In this document: positions 1-12,856 of the stretch, one piece after another
Position numbering within the stretch: position 1 is the first letter of the stretch
Layout of the letters: each line of letters starts with the position of its first letter
Assembly (NCBI GenBank): GCA_001642005.1
Contig: LWCA01000229.1
Span: 1-38,336 of the forward strand
Source of the DNA: Intoshia linei
Taxonomy: Eukaryota; Animalia; Orthonectida
Length of the DNA: 38,336 bases
Direction: 5' to 3'
Made by a program: the position numbers and the translations under genes
The notes under the pieces: generated by a model
What the model saw: only the letters and a program-made list of their open reading frames with translations
Databases searched by the model: none
What the model was told of the DNA's origin: nothing

Positions 1-1390
1 AATTGGATTGTCTACTGAAAATTTTCCTAAATGTAAATCAAAATGAATACAGTATTTTTTGTAAAACTTATCCTCAGAAACTTACATCTTCATATTCAAA
101 ACCCAAAATGACCCAATTTTTAAAAATTTTTAGATAGCTTTAAAAACCATCATCATCAATCGCAATCCCAAAAAAGTTCACTTTTTGACAATCGGTCTAG
201 GTAGAAAAACTAAAAACTTGTATATATGAATCAATACTAGCGTTGTTCCACATATTCATCAATCTAATAAAATATTAAGCAAATGGAATCATTTTAATAA
301 CTGAAAAGATTTTAATTTTAATACCAATGAATCAGTTTCAGTACTACCCCGAAAGTAAATATTTAATATAATAATTAGCAAGGTTTAACGGTATAGAATG
401 TTATAAAGGAATATTTTAATTCATTTTTTTATTTAGAAAGCTCACTTTTAAGTTTGAGAAAACCTTTTTAAGTGATAAGGTAAATAACGATAACCCCATT
501 CTTAAAACATCTAAGTTAAATATTCATTTAAAAAATAACAATGTAAATTAAAAAGTGTATTAAAATTAATTAATACAGAAATAATAATTTATTTAAATTC
601 TGTTTTGTACATATTATACATCCCAATATTTGATGAGAATTGTACCAAAAACTGTTTTATTCTAAAACACGTTATATAAATAAATGATAAATTTAAATAC
701 CAATTGAACAAATTCATTTTTTTTATTCTCTATAAATTCACTTTCAGTGTTATATTGTTGATTTGTATTTTCTGAGGAAAAATTATAAGAATTTGTACTT
801 TTTTCAGTTGGATTAATATAAGAAGCATTTGAATCGATTGATCTAATTACACATTTAATTGTAAATATTACATAATTAAACGCGGGGCGTCGTGCCAACA
901 AAAAACGGGTGTGCATTTATTAAATATAAATACTAATGTAATTCACTTGAAAAGTCAATTAAAGTATTTTTAAAATTTTATATGAATAGTGTAAAGAAGT
1001 CGATTATTCAAATATGTATTTAATAATTAAGATTCTTGGATGTAATAGTATCAATATATCTAGTAATAATACTACAAATAGTTTTATTATAGAGGGGTAC
1101 ACGTGCTTCATGGCACCTGCGGCACGACACCACAGATTAAACTTGAACCTTTTTTTATTGTACATAATTTTTTCCATAACTTTATCGCAAATTTTATTTT
1201 CATAATCTTTTTCAAAATTATTAATTATATTCATATTTTGATTATTGTCCATCATTTTATTAACGAAACATCTAAGTTTAGTTAATTAAAATTTTATATA
1301 TAACTACAGTCCATTGTATAAGTCATAATTTTTGTAAATGTATCGGCATCTTGCTCTACGCATGTATAATTTTGAAGGTCTATCTTTCTA
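1..1390 (-). other. Possible fragmented multi-exon gene or pseudogene, product unknown
   Basis: Several minus-strand open segments can be joined by short GT-AG gaps (KDRPSKLYMRRARCRYIYKNYDLYNGL/CFVNKMMDNN..., CTPVFCWHDAPRLI/SIDSNASY...EFVQL). No consistent full model was found and no family was recognised. Confidence 0.3.
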
Positions 1391-2653
1391 AAAAATATGA
1401 TAAACTAATGATAAATTTAAATTTGTAAAAGTAAGTTATCGATAGTATATTGTTCTATAGGACAGTTATCCCAAAGGGTCAAGGGATTGCCGTATATTCT
1501 AAGTAGACCTAAGATATCAGAAAATGTATTCAAATATTTTTTAAAGTTAAGGAATAATGTATTTCTTAACGAGATCTGTCTATTGGTAAACAGTAAACCG
1601 TGTCCTCATTATGTTGATAAAAATGGAGAAAACATTTTTTAAATTGAAAGCTGAAAAATTTTCAATTGTTTCGTTTTTCAATTAGATTTTACTAAGCAAG
1701 TAGTAAACAGCAAAATAAAAACTTTTCAATAACGTACAGGAAAAATGTTTCGCATTACTTGAATTATACCAATGATAATTATTTTGATATATAATTTTTC
1801 TTCATTTTCGTACGTTATGTTATAAAAAATATATTTATCATGTATGAAACTGGATATTTGTCATCCATTAAACTTAATTTACAATAGTAGCTATTTTCAG
1901 TTTGAAATTTGACCTCAATTCCGGAATTCAGTTTTCACATAAATCCTAGAAAACTGGTTAATCAAATTTTTATTGTTGTTTATCGTAAACAAGTGTATCA
2001 TATCTAGGTTTTGTTAAATATAAAAGAACTCATGTAATACCGTGGAGAGAAATAGGGCTACGTAGTCCAGATTTAAAATCACGAGGATATACTATTTTAA
2101 TTTATAAATAGGTATTGTTTGAAAATTTCATTTTTATAATGACCAATATGCAGAGGTGTTACCAGCCTGGTTGTTGGTTTTATTACCAGAAAAATTAAAA
2201 AATTATTTTTGTACAGTACATTATTGCAGAATTTCCAAATGTTAGGATTTTGCCAAGATTTTACCCAAAGCCTAGATGATCGCTTATTAATTCAAAAATG
2301 CCGGTTTTATCCTGTCATTTAATATAAAATTTAATAATATTTACATTATGTGTTAATAAAAAATAAATTTCAAGCCCTCCATGTAAAAATCCCCTTTTTC
2401 AGATATTTTTTTGAAAAATTTGATTTTACCAAACCGAAGAGTTTACAAGAAACAACCACACAATAAAAAACGAATTTTACACCTATAAAGGGAAAAATCC
2501 CTTTTTCCAATATATTTTTAAATAATTATTCAAAAACATGACTAAATACAATGTAAATAATTAATTTACTCCCACAATATTTGTTCATTAATCATGTTAC
2601 CAAATTTAAAAATTTAATTAAATTGTTTTATTTTGATTTGACTATAATCTAAG

Positions 2654-2730
2654 CAGGGATTGGCAACCTTTCGCATCTTGTGGGCCATTTTTTTATACCA
2701 AAAAATTATACGGGCTTCGTTTTTGAAAAT
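2654..2730 (+). mobile_element. Left end of a hAT-type MITE (partner end not identified)
   Basis: CAGGGATTGGCAACCTT...GTGGGCC...CGGGC resembles hAT/Charlie-type termini and subterminal motifs. Confidence 0.4.
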
Positions 2731-3209
2731 TTACACATGATACATTTCAATTTTAACTGACCTTGACTGAAGTGAAACGGTTATAATATATTCAACAAAA
2801 TAAAATCCAGGGCGACCTGAAAATTCAGTATTAAAATGATTATAATCAGCCAATTATACAGTGTGTACCATTTAAAACAGTGCACTTGAAAATAACAAGA
2901 AGTTTATCAAAAAACATTTTGACTATATATTTTGTAATACACAAACTTAGTTTAAAATTGTGTGTCGAATCTATTCGTCGTATTTTTCTATAAATTGGTA
3001 CAACGAAACTTCTTTACAAAGGGTTTATTAAAATAGTTTATCCTTTAAGATTTTATGATCAATTTAAACGGTTGACACAGTATTTAGTGGCCTCAGTTTT
3101 CGAAACAGTTCAGTTTTTATTATAATATAAAAAAGGAAGTAGTTTGTTTAAATAAAATGGAATTACGAAAAAATATAATAACAAAACACTTGAAATATGT
3201 AAATTAAAA

Positions 3210-3830
3210 TATCTTACGGGTCAAAAACCCCAATTGTTTGACAATTTTTTTTTTTTTTGAAAATCAAACGAGTTGGAGAATTTAAAAAAATAAATACGCT
3301 GACACGGATTTTAAAACCATCAACATTATCATAAATTTAAATTTAAAATATTATATCTTCAGGACCAAAACCACAAATTACCCTTTTTTTATGAAAACAA
3401 CCCTAGAATTTAAAAAAATTTACAGGTGGTACAGTTCTAACCTGTTAACACACAAAAAAGATTTCAATCCGAATAAGTGACGACTTCACAGTCAAAAAAG
3501 CATTTTAGTATTCATATATTTTTATTAAACCAAAAATGTGGAATAATTAACTGTCCGAAAATTAAAAAAAGATTAATATCTGATAGAGCTGATTCCAGTT
3601 GATATAAATACAAAATTTCAATCCCTGAAATCTATACATTCCCGGTGAAAAATAATTTTTAATATATTATCAACCAATATTTTTCAAATATTTCGAATTA
3701 AAATAAAAATTAAAATGTAAATATTGATCCTACAATTTTAAAAATAAAATTGCATTGAACGTCTACACATTTCCAATAAATAAATATGGGTAAAAATCTA
3801 TATAATTCATTCCTTCGGAATTTTTTTTAT
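3210..3830 (+). repeat. Dispersed repeat family R1, copy A
   Basis: Colinear with 24790-25405 (TCTTACGG.TCAAAA...; CCGA.TAAGTGACGACTTCAC.GTCAAAAAAGCATTTTAG; TTGCATTGAACGTCTACACATTTC). Confidence 0.9.
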
Positions 3831-4002
3831 TAATATTAAGAAATATCTGACCTGCTCTCGTGTAGTGTCACAAATTATATACCAATATATTTCTAGCTTT
3901 CTATTTAATGTGTTAACTATTTAAACTTATTAGCTATATTATAATTATATAACTAATTATACAGTCAATCACTGTTTAACTAACGGTGCTTTCATATAAT
4001 TC

Positions 4003-4112
4003 ACTTTAAATTAAAAGGTAATGTGATATGACGAGCCCACGTGAGACAAGTTTGGGAATCACTCTTTTAAATGATTGATAATAGTGAATAGTAGTATTTT
4101 TAAGTTAAATTA
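4003..4112 (+). repeat. About 110-bp repeat shared with 10679-10788, containing a hAT-like right end (GTTTGGGAATCACT)
   Basis: Direct comparison: GTAATGTGATATGACG...ACAAGTTTGGGAA.CA...ATAATAGTGAA.AGTAG.ATTTTTAAGTTA occurs at both loci. Confidence 0.8.
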
Positions 4113-6149
4113 TCTTATTGAATTTTTTTGGTAGAATAAAAATGTTCTTTCTCGGCAGATCTATGTGCTGTTTGTATGTAGTACATAACAGTCAACCTAG
4201 TATGAATAATATTATTATATGAATATATAAAAAATAATAGTTTTACTAGCACCCGGTTAAGAAACTCTATGATAGAAACACACAGTATAAAGTTAATTTA
4301 AAAATATGAATTTAATTTAAATTTGTATATATGCAATTGCATTATAATATAATATACATGTAGCTCCTAAAATGTTCATCTGGCATCGGACCACAGCTCT
4401 GACAGACTCACCGCGTCATGAACATGAATTCAAATATATTTTAAGGTTCATCAATTTCTAAAAATTTAAGAAAAAATTGATTCTTTTCACGTTATTCAAT
4501 ACAAAACGCAGATTTCTTTTTTTATTTTTATATTTATATATAAAGTGTTTTAAAGGATATCAGGCTATTTTAGGTCTACTTTTAATAGAAAATGCTTTAA
4601 TTAATGATCCATCCAGTATACAACAGTACATCATGCATAAATCAAATCGTCAAAAGTCACGTCATGAAATGTAACTATGCAACATTAACAATGATATAAT
4701 TATAATTAGTTATTATAATATCAAATATAATATAATAACTGTAAATACTTAAATTTGACAGTTGAGTAACTAATTTGACTGAAATACCGTTATTTCGAAT
4801 GTAGATTAAATTACTAAAGAAATATTTCCAAGTTTGCTTATTTTATGATGATCATATATCGCATTATTGATCAATGTAAATATAAATCAATCAATGTAAA
4901 TCGTAGTGTGCGTCGGATTTACGACAGACATAAGTTAATTTTAAGTAATATATAAAATCGATATAAATAATTAGTAGGATCCACGTAAAATTTGTAAATG
5001 TAAAACATAGAATGTCACAATTTAACTTTTTTAGACATATATATAATGTTCACCTTATGATATGGAATAATTACCCTTGTTCTTTTATAATAAAGTCCAC
5101 ATGCATTACACGCCCTGGTTTTTGACCCTTCGCCTATAATTAATTTAAACACATAAAATTATAAAGTACGCTTAATTATTCTTCTGCAGTTTATATGCTT
5201 CTTGCAATTGTAGCAATAATTAAACTTCATATTTTGATGTATAAAATGAATAAGAAAAAATAAAATCTAATTAAGGATTTTTGTTTAAATCTTGAGCCAT
5301 GAACAGTAGTCGCAAAATAGTTAGTAAAGCGTCTATTTTAAATTTTATAAAAGTTTCAAAATAATACAAGTCAAATTTTGTGCAAATAAAACAAATTATG
5401 TTTGTTAATAAAACTTATTTGCGCACAAAGATAAATATTACATTTTGTTAAAGAGTGATTTTTCAATAAGTCTATTTGATAATTAATAATAAAATTAAAT
5501 TTTTCAAATGTAATTAATTTTAATCATTTTATAGTCGTCTGGGTAAAATCCATCGACTCATCACCTGATAATGCCTGCATATAAAATTTTTGTTTCTGTT
5601 CAAAGAGCTTAGAGAAGATAATAATTATCACTACCACCATTAAATGAAATTTTGACCATTAACATTGTCACATTCAACTCGAGATGTTATATACGTCAAG
5701 GTCTGAATAGTTCTATAAAATAGTTAATTATGCCATTTTATATTTTCTTAAGTGTATTGTAAAAAAGGTGGACGACAATCATCGATAAATGTTCTACAAT
5801 GTAGATCTACATATCTTATATTATATTATAATAAATATTATCCTAACATTAATTAAATTATTGTTATTTTTCCTTTTTCATACAGTTCCAAAGTCGTACT
5901 TTCGAAGTTCTTTTCAAAGCTAAATAAATTTATAAATTGAAATTTAACTTAATGTTCATTTTTTTAATCAAAAATTAATCAAAAACATATTTTGTTTCTA
6001 AGCAATAAAAGTACTTTTAGTACGACAAAAATATGGTCAGCCTATTGTATATCATAAAAATTGATAATTTGATAAAAATGATAATAGTATCTTAGCAAAT
6101 GTTTACTTTAATTGTGAAGTTTACAAAGAGAAAATAAATTTAAGACTCA

Positions 6150-9100
6150 ATGGAAAAATTTGAAAGGCAATCGGACATTTTAATAGTATCGAGCAGTGGG
6201 AAACCAGTATATTCGAGGTGAGCAATGTAATTTATACTCAAAATTTATTTATAATTAAAATTTTCCACATTCGAAGCTACCACAAAGTCATCAAATTTTT
6301 CAAATTAACAAACTAATTAAACTGACTCCTGAGATTAAAAGTTTGTTTTTAAACCATTTCAGCAACAGCAAAATGGTAGTAACTGAACTCAAAAATTAGT
6401 TTTCAATTTGGAATTTTTTTGCGACCGATTTCATAAATTAAAATACAAATTTAATTTGTTGGTGTCGAACACCGAAATGGCTAGGAAATTCCTAGAAGAA
6501 ATCACCGAACTATCATTCTAAAGTATTTCTAGTTGTATATCAAACATTTAAGGATTTTTAAGATTATTTTGATTTACGTTCTCAAACAAAAAATTCCTTG
6601 ACCAGATAAATATTTTTAAAATCTAGATTGCAGAATGAAAAATTGGCGATTGAAATGGCTCCAATAATAATAGCTCTGACGTCGATAGTTGAGGATAATT
6701 ATGGAGAAAAAGAACACGACGAAGAAATATCAAACCACTTAAAATGTATAAGCCATGATAACATGAATATTTTTTTCAAACATTGTGGCCAATTTACAAT
6801 TGTAATTATAAATAGGCATTTACCAGTGTTTTTGTTGGAACAATTTTGTCAAATTTTACAAAATACAGTATATAGTTTTGTTACAAAGGTAAAAAACATA
6901 AAGCTATATAAAACGTAATTTAGCATCAATTGCAAAAAATTAAAGAACAACAACCGCGATTTAACCTAAAAATTTCTTTTGATAATTCTGCATATATCAT
7001 AAACAATATAATTAGCCTTTTTGATGAAAATTTGCCATTTATTTTCAAGTTGGCTTAATATAAAGAATTTTAAAATTTTAGAGCAAGAAAATACGTCGAT
7101 ATATCAAAACATATTCGAAAATCGATAAAAAGTACATTAAGCAAGCATTTTGCCTATGTGGTAATTACACTGGCCAACAGTAAAAATTTTATTGGGACTT
7201 GATATGCCGTTTCTAGGTATTTCGAGTGTCCTGAACACGATGGTGGTATTCATTTTACCCCCACAGGTCAGGTTTTCGAATAAAAAAATTTAAGTAAATA
7301 ATTTGAAATTCATAAAAAAGTTGGTCAAACAGTTTTTTGCATGATTTTAGTACTTTATTAAACACATGGATTGAACATAGGAGCGTAAAAAATGAAAGAA
7401 TATAGTCTTATACTAAAAAGTATGAGAAATTAGAATATTTTTGTCTTTTCCGTTTGTGATCAGCTTGATGATCTTCCCGCATGAGTGTCCAGCAGTAGTC
7501 GGCCAACATAACGGGAGTCCACTGTGCACTATATCGACGCTCGATACTAGCAATGGCTTGGTGAAATTGCTCGCCATGCTCGTCACTGACATCACAGTTG
7601 TTTTCAGGAAAAAGATACAAATGGGAGTGGAGAAGATGGAGCTTTAATGACATGTTGGCTCCCAGTTTTTGAAAGTAGCTGCATACAACTGCTTTAACCT
7701 CGGGTTTGTTGCAATCTCTTTAAGATCGCGTTACTTTTTTGTACTCTCCGCAGATGTAGCAGAAGAACTTGGTGTATTTTATGCACTCACTTCGAATTTT
7801 ACACGAGCTGATGTTCACTAAATTTAGAAATGATTATAACGACACTGAACACTTCTACGTAGAGCTCTGCTGTATATCATATATTGTATTCCAGTCGAAT
7901 AATTCCACTCATTAGCCAATGTAGTCTGTATTCGACTTGAATAAATGTGTTGCTTAGCAAGCTATTTCTTCAGCCATCTATCTTATATATTGATTGTGTC
8001 ATGCATTCACCACTGTTACACAGTCGGGATGAGTCATGCTCGTCGGTTTGTGATAAGTATGCACGCAGGCAAACACAAACTTACATTAAACTCAATTTAT
8101 CACTTCAATTTCAAAGTGTAATTATTGTACTGAAAATGATATTGATTTTTTCTCTTTCACTCTCTTTCTCTTGCTTTTAATGTTTACTTGGTTCTTACCA
8201 AGATGCCATTAATCATAAAATCCAAATTTACTGAACATTATTTACTCAAAAATATTCATTTTTCATAAATTTCTAATTATTTACTTAAAATTTTTTAGTC
8301 GAAAACCTGACCGGTGGGGGCAAAATGAATACCACCATCGTGTTCAGAACCCTTAAATTACCCAGAAACGCCATATACCGTCCCAATAAAAAAATTTTTT
8401 CTTCATTTGTTGGCCAGTGTTATAATATAAATTTAACTTACAGTTTTAGAATAATAAAAGTATAATTATGGCAATGGTCTTGGTAAAGGACAAATTGTTG
8501 GCGTGTGTTAAACAGTGCGGAATCGTTATTTCGTATTTAGATTTTCTCATTATCAAAAATGTCATTATTGGTACAAAGTTAAAGGTAACTTCTGCCGTGA
8601 TCAACGATTGTCACTCGTGGATACCAGTGTGCCTTACCGACTACGACGATCATCATTTTTGTTACATTTACGTGAATATAATAGATTTTGCTTCTGAGAT
8701 GCAGTTTGTACTCATATCAATAAATTCCAATGATTTCGAAGACTGTAAAACTATTTGTGATTGTTATTGTGATGTAAATTACGTGAATTCTAAAATCAAT
8801 TCTAGTTTAGGCTATTTCTATTCAACCCAAAATTATTAAAGAATTGAATCCTACCAATTTTCGGATTTCGGATCAAATTGATCTTGAACAGATTGAAAAA
8901 GAAATACAATTTTTTACGAATAAAGAAATACCTTGTAATGACTTAAACTCGCCAGATTTTGATATTAAGGATAACCCTAATTTAAATTTGTATTTATCTA
9001 AATTTTACGAAAACCCATGTTTATCAAAAGTTTTTCATTTTGTGTACATTTCCTTACAATCTAATGCAATCTTTTACCCTAAAAACAATCAACGACGTTG

Positions 9101-9708
9101 TAATCGCTTCTCTAATCAAGATTTGTTTATGCAATATTCCATGCTTAAAGAGATTATATACAAAAATAATACGGGAAATGTCTTTTTAGTCACGAATGAA
9201 TATGCTTATTACATTGAGGTAACTACAATTTAAATTATTTTTTTTAAATAGATCAGGGTGGTCCAAAACGTGGGCCGCATATCGCCAGATCAAATTTTTA
9301 ATAATTTATTTTGTAATCCAATTAAAAAAACATTTTTTTCCTTACACTGCATATTTATCTATGACAAATATTTATTTAAGTTTTATTAAAATTTTTTATT
9401 ATTTTCCTAAGATAAAACAACTAAGAGGAAAAGGAATGATGAAATAATTTTTTTAATGTTACGGCCCGCCAAATTTGTAAAATGTATTTTTTGGTACTCA
9501 TTCGCCATGTGTTTGGACCACCCTGATATAAATCATGCAATTTAATTGCATTCATTATACCCTGTAGACATGCTATAACTATGAAATCTACCTTATTATG
9601 AATAAAGATGTAAATATTTCAACAGCAAAAATCTTTTCCAACAAACTCCTAATTTGGATTCATTATAGAAGCGAATCATTGTTTGATTATAACATTTTTT
9701 ATGTTTAA
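6150..9708 (+). CDS. MON1: Vacuolar fusion protein Mon1 (SAND family; Rab7 GEF subunit), 7 exons: 6150-6217, 6627-6888, 6924-7048, 7082-7160, 8450-8773, 8811-9218, 9568-9708
   Basis: The spliced frame is continuous across GT-AG introns. Motifs ILIVSSSGKPVYSR, ALTSIVEDN, SWIPVCL and the C-terminal YEIYL...NKLLIWIHYRSESLF match the Mon1 longin-domain consensus (LSEAGKPIYSRYG, ALVSFVE, WTPVCLP, KLLRWVKKEEDRLF). Confidence 0.85.
7168..8419 (-). mobile_element. Internally deleted Chapaev3 (CMC superfamily) DNA transposon in Mon1 intron 4
   Basis: About 110-120 bp imperfect TIRs starting CACTGGCCAACA (7168-7279; 8300-8419). A TTA 3-bp TSD sits on both sides (7165-7167, 8420-8422). An internal transposase remnant is present. 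Confidence 0.85.
7408..7680 (-). pseudogene. Chapaev3 transposase C-terminal fragment
   Basis: GANMSLKLHLLHSHLYLFPENNCDVSDEHGEQFHQ...MLADYCWTL matches the conserved MSxKxHxLHSH...SDEHGERFHQ...MLADYCW block. The N-terminal part is missing. Confidence 0.85.
9254..9525. mobile_element. hAT (Buster/Charlie-like) MITE in Mon1 intron 6
   Basis: 14-bp TIR CAGGGTGGTCCAAA / TTTGGACCACCCTG. Flanks AAATAGAT and ATATAAAT form a 6/8 TSD. Confidence 0.8.
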
Positions 9709-9989
9709 TATTTACAATTTTAATTGTAAAAAATTATTCTTGTAATTAAAAATTACCTTATTTTTTCATAAAAGTAATAGTCACTTAGGGGTTTGTAAAA
9801 GTGGATTTTTAGTAAAAATGGTTGGGTTTAAGAATATTCACATTTTTAAAATCATAAACATCACAAATTTCATAAATGCATATCCTCGAGTTCAAATCAT
9901 CTTTAATTACAAAATTACTCTTATATTTTCAATAAAATTTTAGAATTTTATAAAACATACACTCTGTGATGTTTTTTAAAATGAGAAAA

Positions 9990-10295
9990 AGGGCATTTTC
10001 ACTATCAAAACCACAGATTATCCTTTTTTTAAAAAAAGAAATGTCCTAGAATTAAAAAAAATTACAGGTCATACATTTATCTGCAGTTAACACACAGAAA
10101 AATTTTTAATCTCACAAAGTGCCGCCATTATGACCAAAAAACCATTTTAGTATTTTTCACAAAAAAATTGAAATTATGAATGGTAAAAAAAAAAATTATA
10201 ATATAAAAAAGATTATTCGGGTACAGCTTATTCGAGTTGATATAGATAAAATTTACGCATTCCCTGTTACAATGATTCCACCATAAAATTATAAA
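9990..10295 (+). repeat. R1 copy B (diverged)
   Basis: CAAAACCACAGATTA...CCTAGAATTAAAAAAAATTACAGGT...GTTAACACACAG...AGTTGATATAGATAAAATTT aligns with copies A and D. Confidence 0.7.
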
Positions 10296-10350
10296 AAATA
10301 TCCTTGTCATTAAACGTAACTTTATTACAAATAGTAAAACTGTCTATCTA

Positions 10351-12263
10351 ATGACGGGTAATCAGTACAGTAGTTTTTTGTAAAACAATTAGTTCATTCA
10401 ATATTTAGATTCAGAACAAGATAGTAAAGATACATGGGTATTTTTTAATTTAAGATTGTACATTTCAAACTTGTATAATTTTTAATGTGTAATATTTTGA
10501 AATGAATCCAAATTCTGAATTTTCTATGCATACTCAAACCTTACGGGTCAAAAAGCTCAATTGTCCTTTTTTTGGAAAATCAAACTAGTTCGAGAATTGA
10601 ATTAAAAAAATGTGATAACGAAAGTTTTTAAAATTATTTGAGCAAATGTTAATAAAAAAAATTAAGACTAGTAATTACCTTTAAAATAAAAAGTAATGTG
10701 ATATGACGGTTCCATCTGAAACAAGTTTGGGAACCATTCCTTTAAAGGATTAATAATAGTGAACAGTAGGATTTTTAAGTTAGATTTTCAAGGTTAATTT
10801 ATTTATCAGTACAAATATTAAAAATTTAATTTGCATTGTGTCTGCAAATTTTAAAACCAACATTGCCAAGTCCACCCTTTGATGGTCTACTATAAAATAT
10901 AAAAGTTTTTAAATTTTTATTAATGCTATTATGCTGATGGTTCTATCTTGATATAAATCTCCACAGTAAATGTAAATTTATATTCTATATACGATTCTTG
11001 TACATTTAAACTTTTCAAACATTAGAATTATTTGTCAATCGATATTGAAGATGAAAACAAAAATATTTTTGAAAATCAATTACGTATTGTGGTGAATGTT
11101 TCAATTATATATTTTTATAATTTTAAATATTAGTCTTTTGAAGATAAACCTGTTGCACTAATTGATAACAAAACCTTTAATGGGAAATATGAAGATACTA
11201 TTGGAACTGATGTTTTTGTAGAATATGGTAATTACGATTATTAACAGTAAATTTATTTTATTTTATTACCAGATTAAAAATATTTTACATTTTTTTATAA
11301 TTAATTGATGTTATCAACATTCACAGTAATAAATATGGATCATTAATGAGTTAGCGTATGAACCGGTACAAATTTAAAGTTCGTACATGTTTGTCCGTAA
11401 TTTTATATAGCAAAATATTATTAAAAAATTTTTGTTTAATATATAATAAATCAATTTTAAGGAACTACAATTTAATTGTAGTGAATGGGTTCTTGACCTT
11501 TTTTCACTTGGCACCCCTCAAATCATTAAAATTAGATTTGGCACCCCAAAAAATGTAATTCTGAAACAAGTTAATAATAATAAAAGGTAACAAAAAATTG
11601 CTGGCGGAAATTGCTAAAAATGACTTTAAATTTGAATTAGAAAAAACCTTTTGAACATAAAAAACACTGGTTTGTACGATTTATCAATATCATTCATTTT
11701 AGTATTGTTTAATATTAACCGATTTCATTTTTTTTGGTAAATATTTAAAATCAAAAAAGGCATCCACGTGCAAAATTGGTTTTTCTAATAAAAAAAAGTG
11801 GACACCCAAATATACATATTAAAATATTTAATATTTAAAAATGTTAAATTAATAAATAGACTTTAACTTTATTTTGAAAGCTTCAGTCAAGTTTAAAAAA
11901 TATAACTGTAAAAATATTTTTATTCAAAATTTATTATACCCCCAAAACCGGTTTGGCACCCCAGGTTAAGAAGCCATTAAATAGTGTGACTATAATTAAG
12001 CTATGATTAATTAATCAAACTAATCCATACTTAAACATAGGGTTTACTGGGGAAATATATAAATAATATCTTATTTTATTTATGTAAATCATTTTAACTT
12101 TAATGCCCCAAAATTGGGGATAGTACTCTATAGTAAACATTTTTTTGTAAAATATTTTTATATTTTTGTATTGTGAAATGTTTTATTTTTAAATTTAGAT
12201 AAAGAAAATATCCACGAAATTTTTTTGTGTAATAGAATTTTGAAATTTAATAAAAATACGTAA
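10351..12263 (+). CDS. GTF3C6: Minimal TFIIIC subunit 6 homolog (about 86 aa), exons 10351-10357, 10409-10437, 11026-11091, 11134-11227, 12199-12263
   Basis: Core QLRIVSFEDKPVALIDNKTFNGKYEDTIGTDVFVE matches the TFIIIC_sub6 pattern (P.L..D..VF.G.YEDT.GT...FE). The exons total 261 nt in frame. The first two and last exons are less certain. The gene is absent from the ORF track. Confidence 0.7.
10540..10790 (+). repeat. R1 fragment C followed by the 110-bp repeat shared with 4003-4112, inside GTF3C6 intron 2
   Basis: CTTACGGGTCAAAAAGCTCAATTGTCCTTTTTT matches R1. The downstream block matches 4003-4112. Confidence 0.7.
11484..11979. mobile_element. Degenerate hAT-like MITE in GTF3C6 intron 4
   Basis: Imperfect TIR AATGGGTTCTTGACC / GGTTAAGAAGCCATT, repeated TTGGCACCCC subterminal motifs, and a partial TSD (TAGTG). 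Confidence 0.6.
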
Positions 12264-12323
12264 AATGTAAATTTTATTTAATGTTAATTCAATAATTTAA
12301 ATAAATTGTATATATTTATTAAT

Positions 12324-12856
12324 CTAGTATGGTGGTGGTGGATGTTGAGAAAGCATTTTCATTGGATCGTTAAGCAGCTGCGTTGAGTCCATATTGGAGT
12401 AACCATTAAGGATAGCATCGGTATCGATGTTATTGTATAAATCCGACATAGCTGTTTCAGTAAGATTACCGATATTTCCAACAAACATAGTTGTCACATA
12501 TACAAAGTACACAATTAAAATGATTGCAACTACTATACTAATAACAATTCCTACAATTGAAATATACATTGATATCTTCCCTTTTGATTTAGCATCTTCT
12601 ATATTATTTTCGTCTGCAGCAGAAGAAGACATTACGGAGAATATTATAGCAATAATACCTAATCAAATTTATTTGTAAAATTTTAATATAGTGTACCGAA
12701 TAATATATTGCAGCAAATTGTGACAAAAATCGCTAGCGCTAAATAATTAGAAGGTCGGGAGTTGTTTTGAACAATAACTGTCGTTTGTCCAGGCATGGGT
12801 TGAACCGCTTGATTGTACACTGGCTGTACACTACCCATTGGTTGTACACTGGCCAT
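12324..12856 (-). CDS. CD225/dispanin family membrane protein A (IFITM/PRRT/SynDIG superfamily), exons 12856-12697 and 12658-12324
   Basis: A Pro/Gln-rich N-terminus is followed by PSNYLALAIFVTICCNILFGIIAIIFS...AKSKGKISMYISIVGIVISIVVAIILIV, the classic CD225 layout with the CC pair. It has a 38-nt GT-AG intron and ends in PPPPY. Confidence 0.9.

Noticed and set aside
5530-5580. Minus-strand GTGATGAGTC...GACGACT resembling a hammerhead ribozyme core
   Set aside because: It lacks the invariant CUGANGA and GAAA boxes, and there are no convincing stems I and III.
7413-8180. ORFs 7413-7595, 7441-7647 and 7947-8180
   Set aside because: They are shadow frames or chance ORFs within the Chapaev3 relic.
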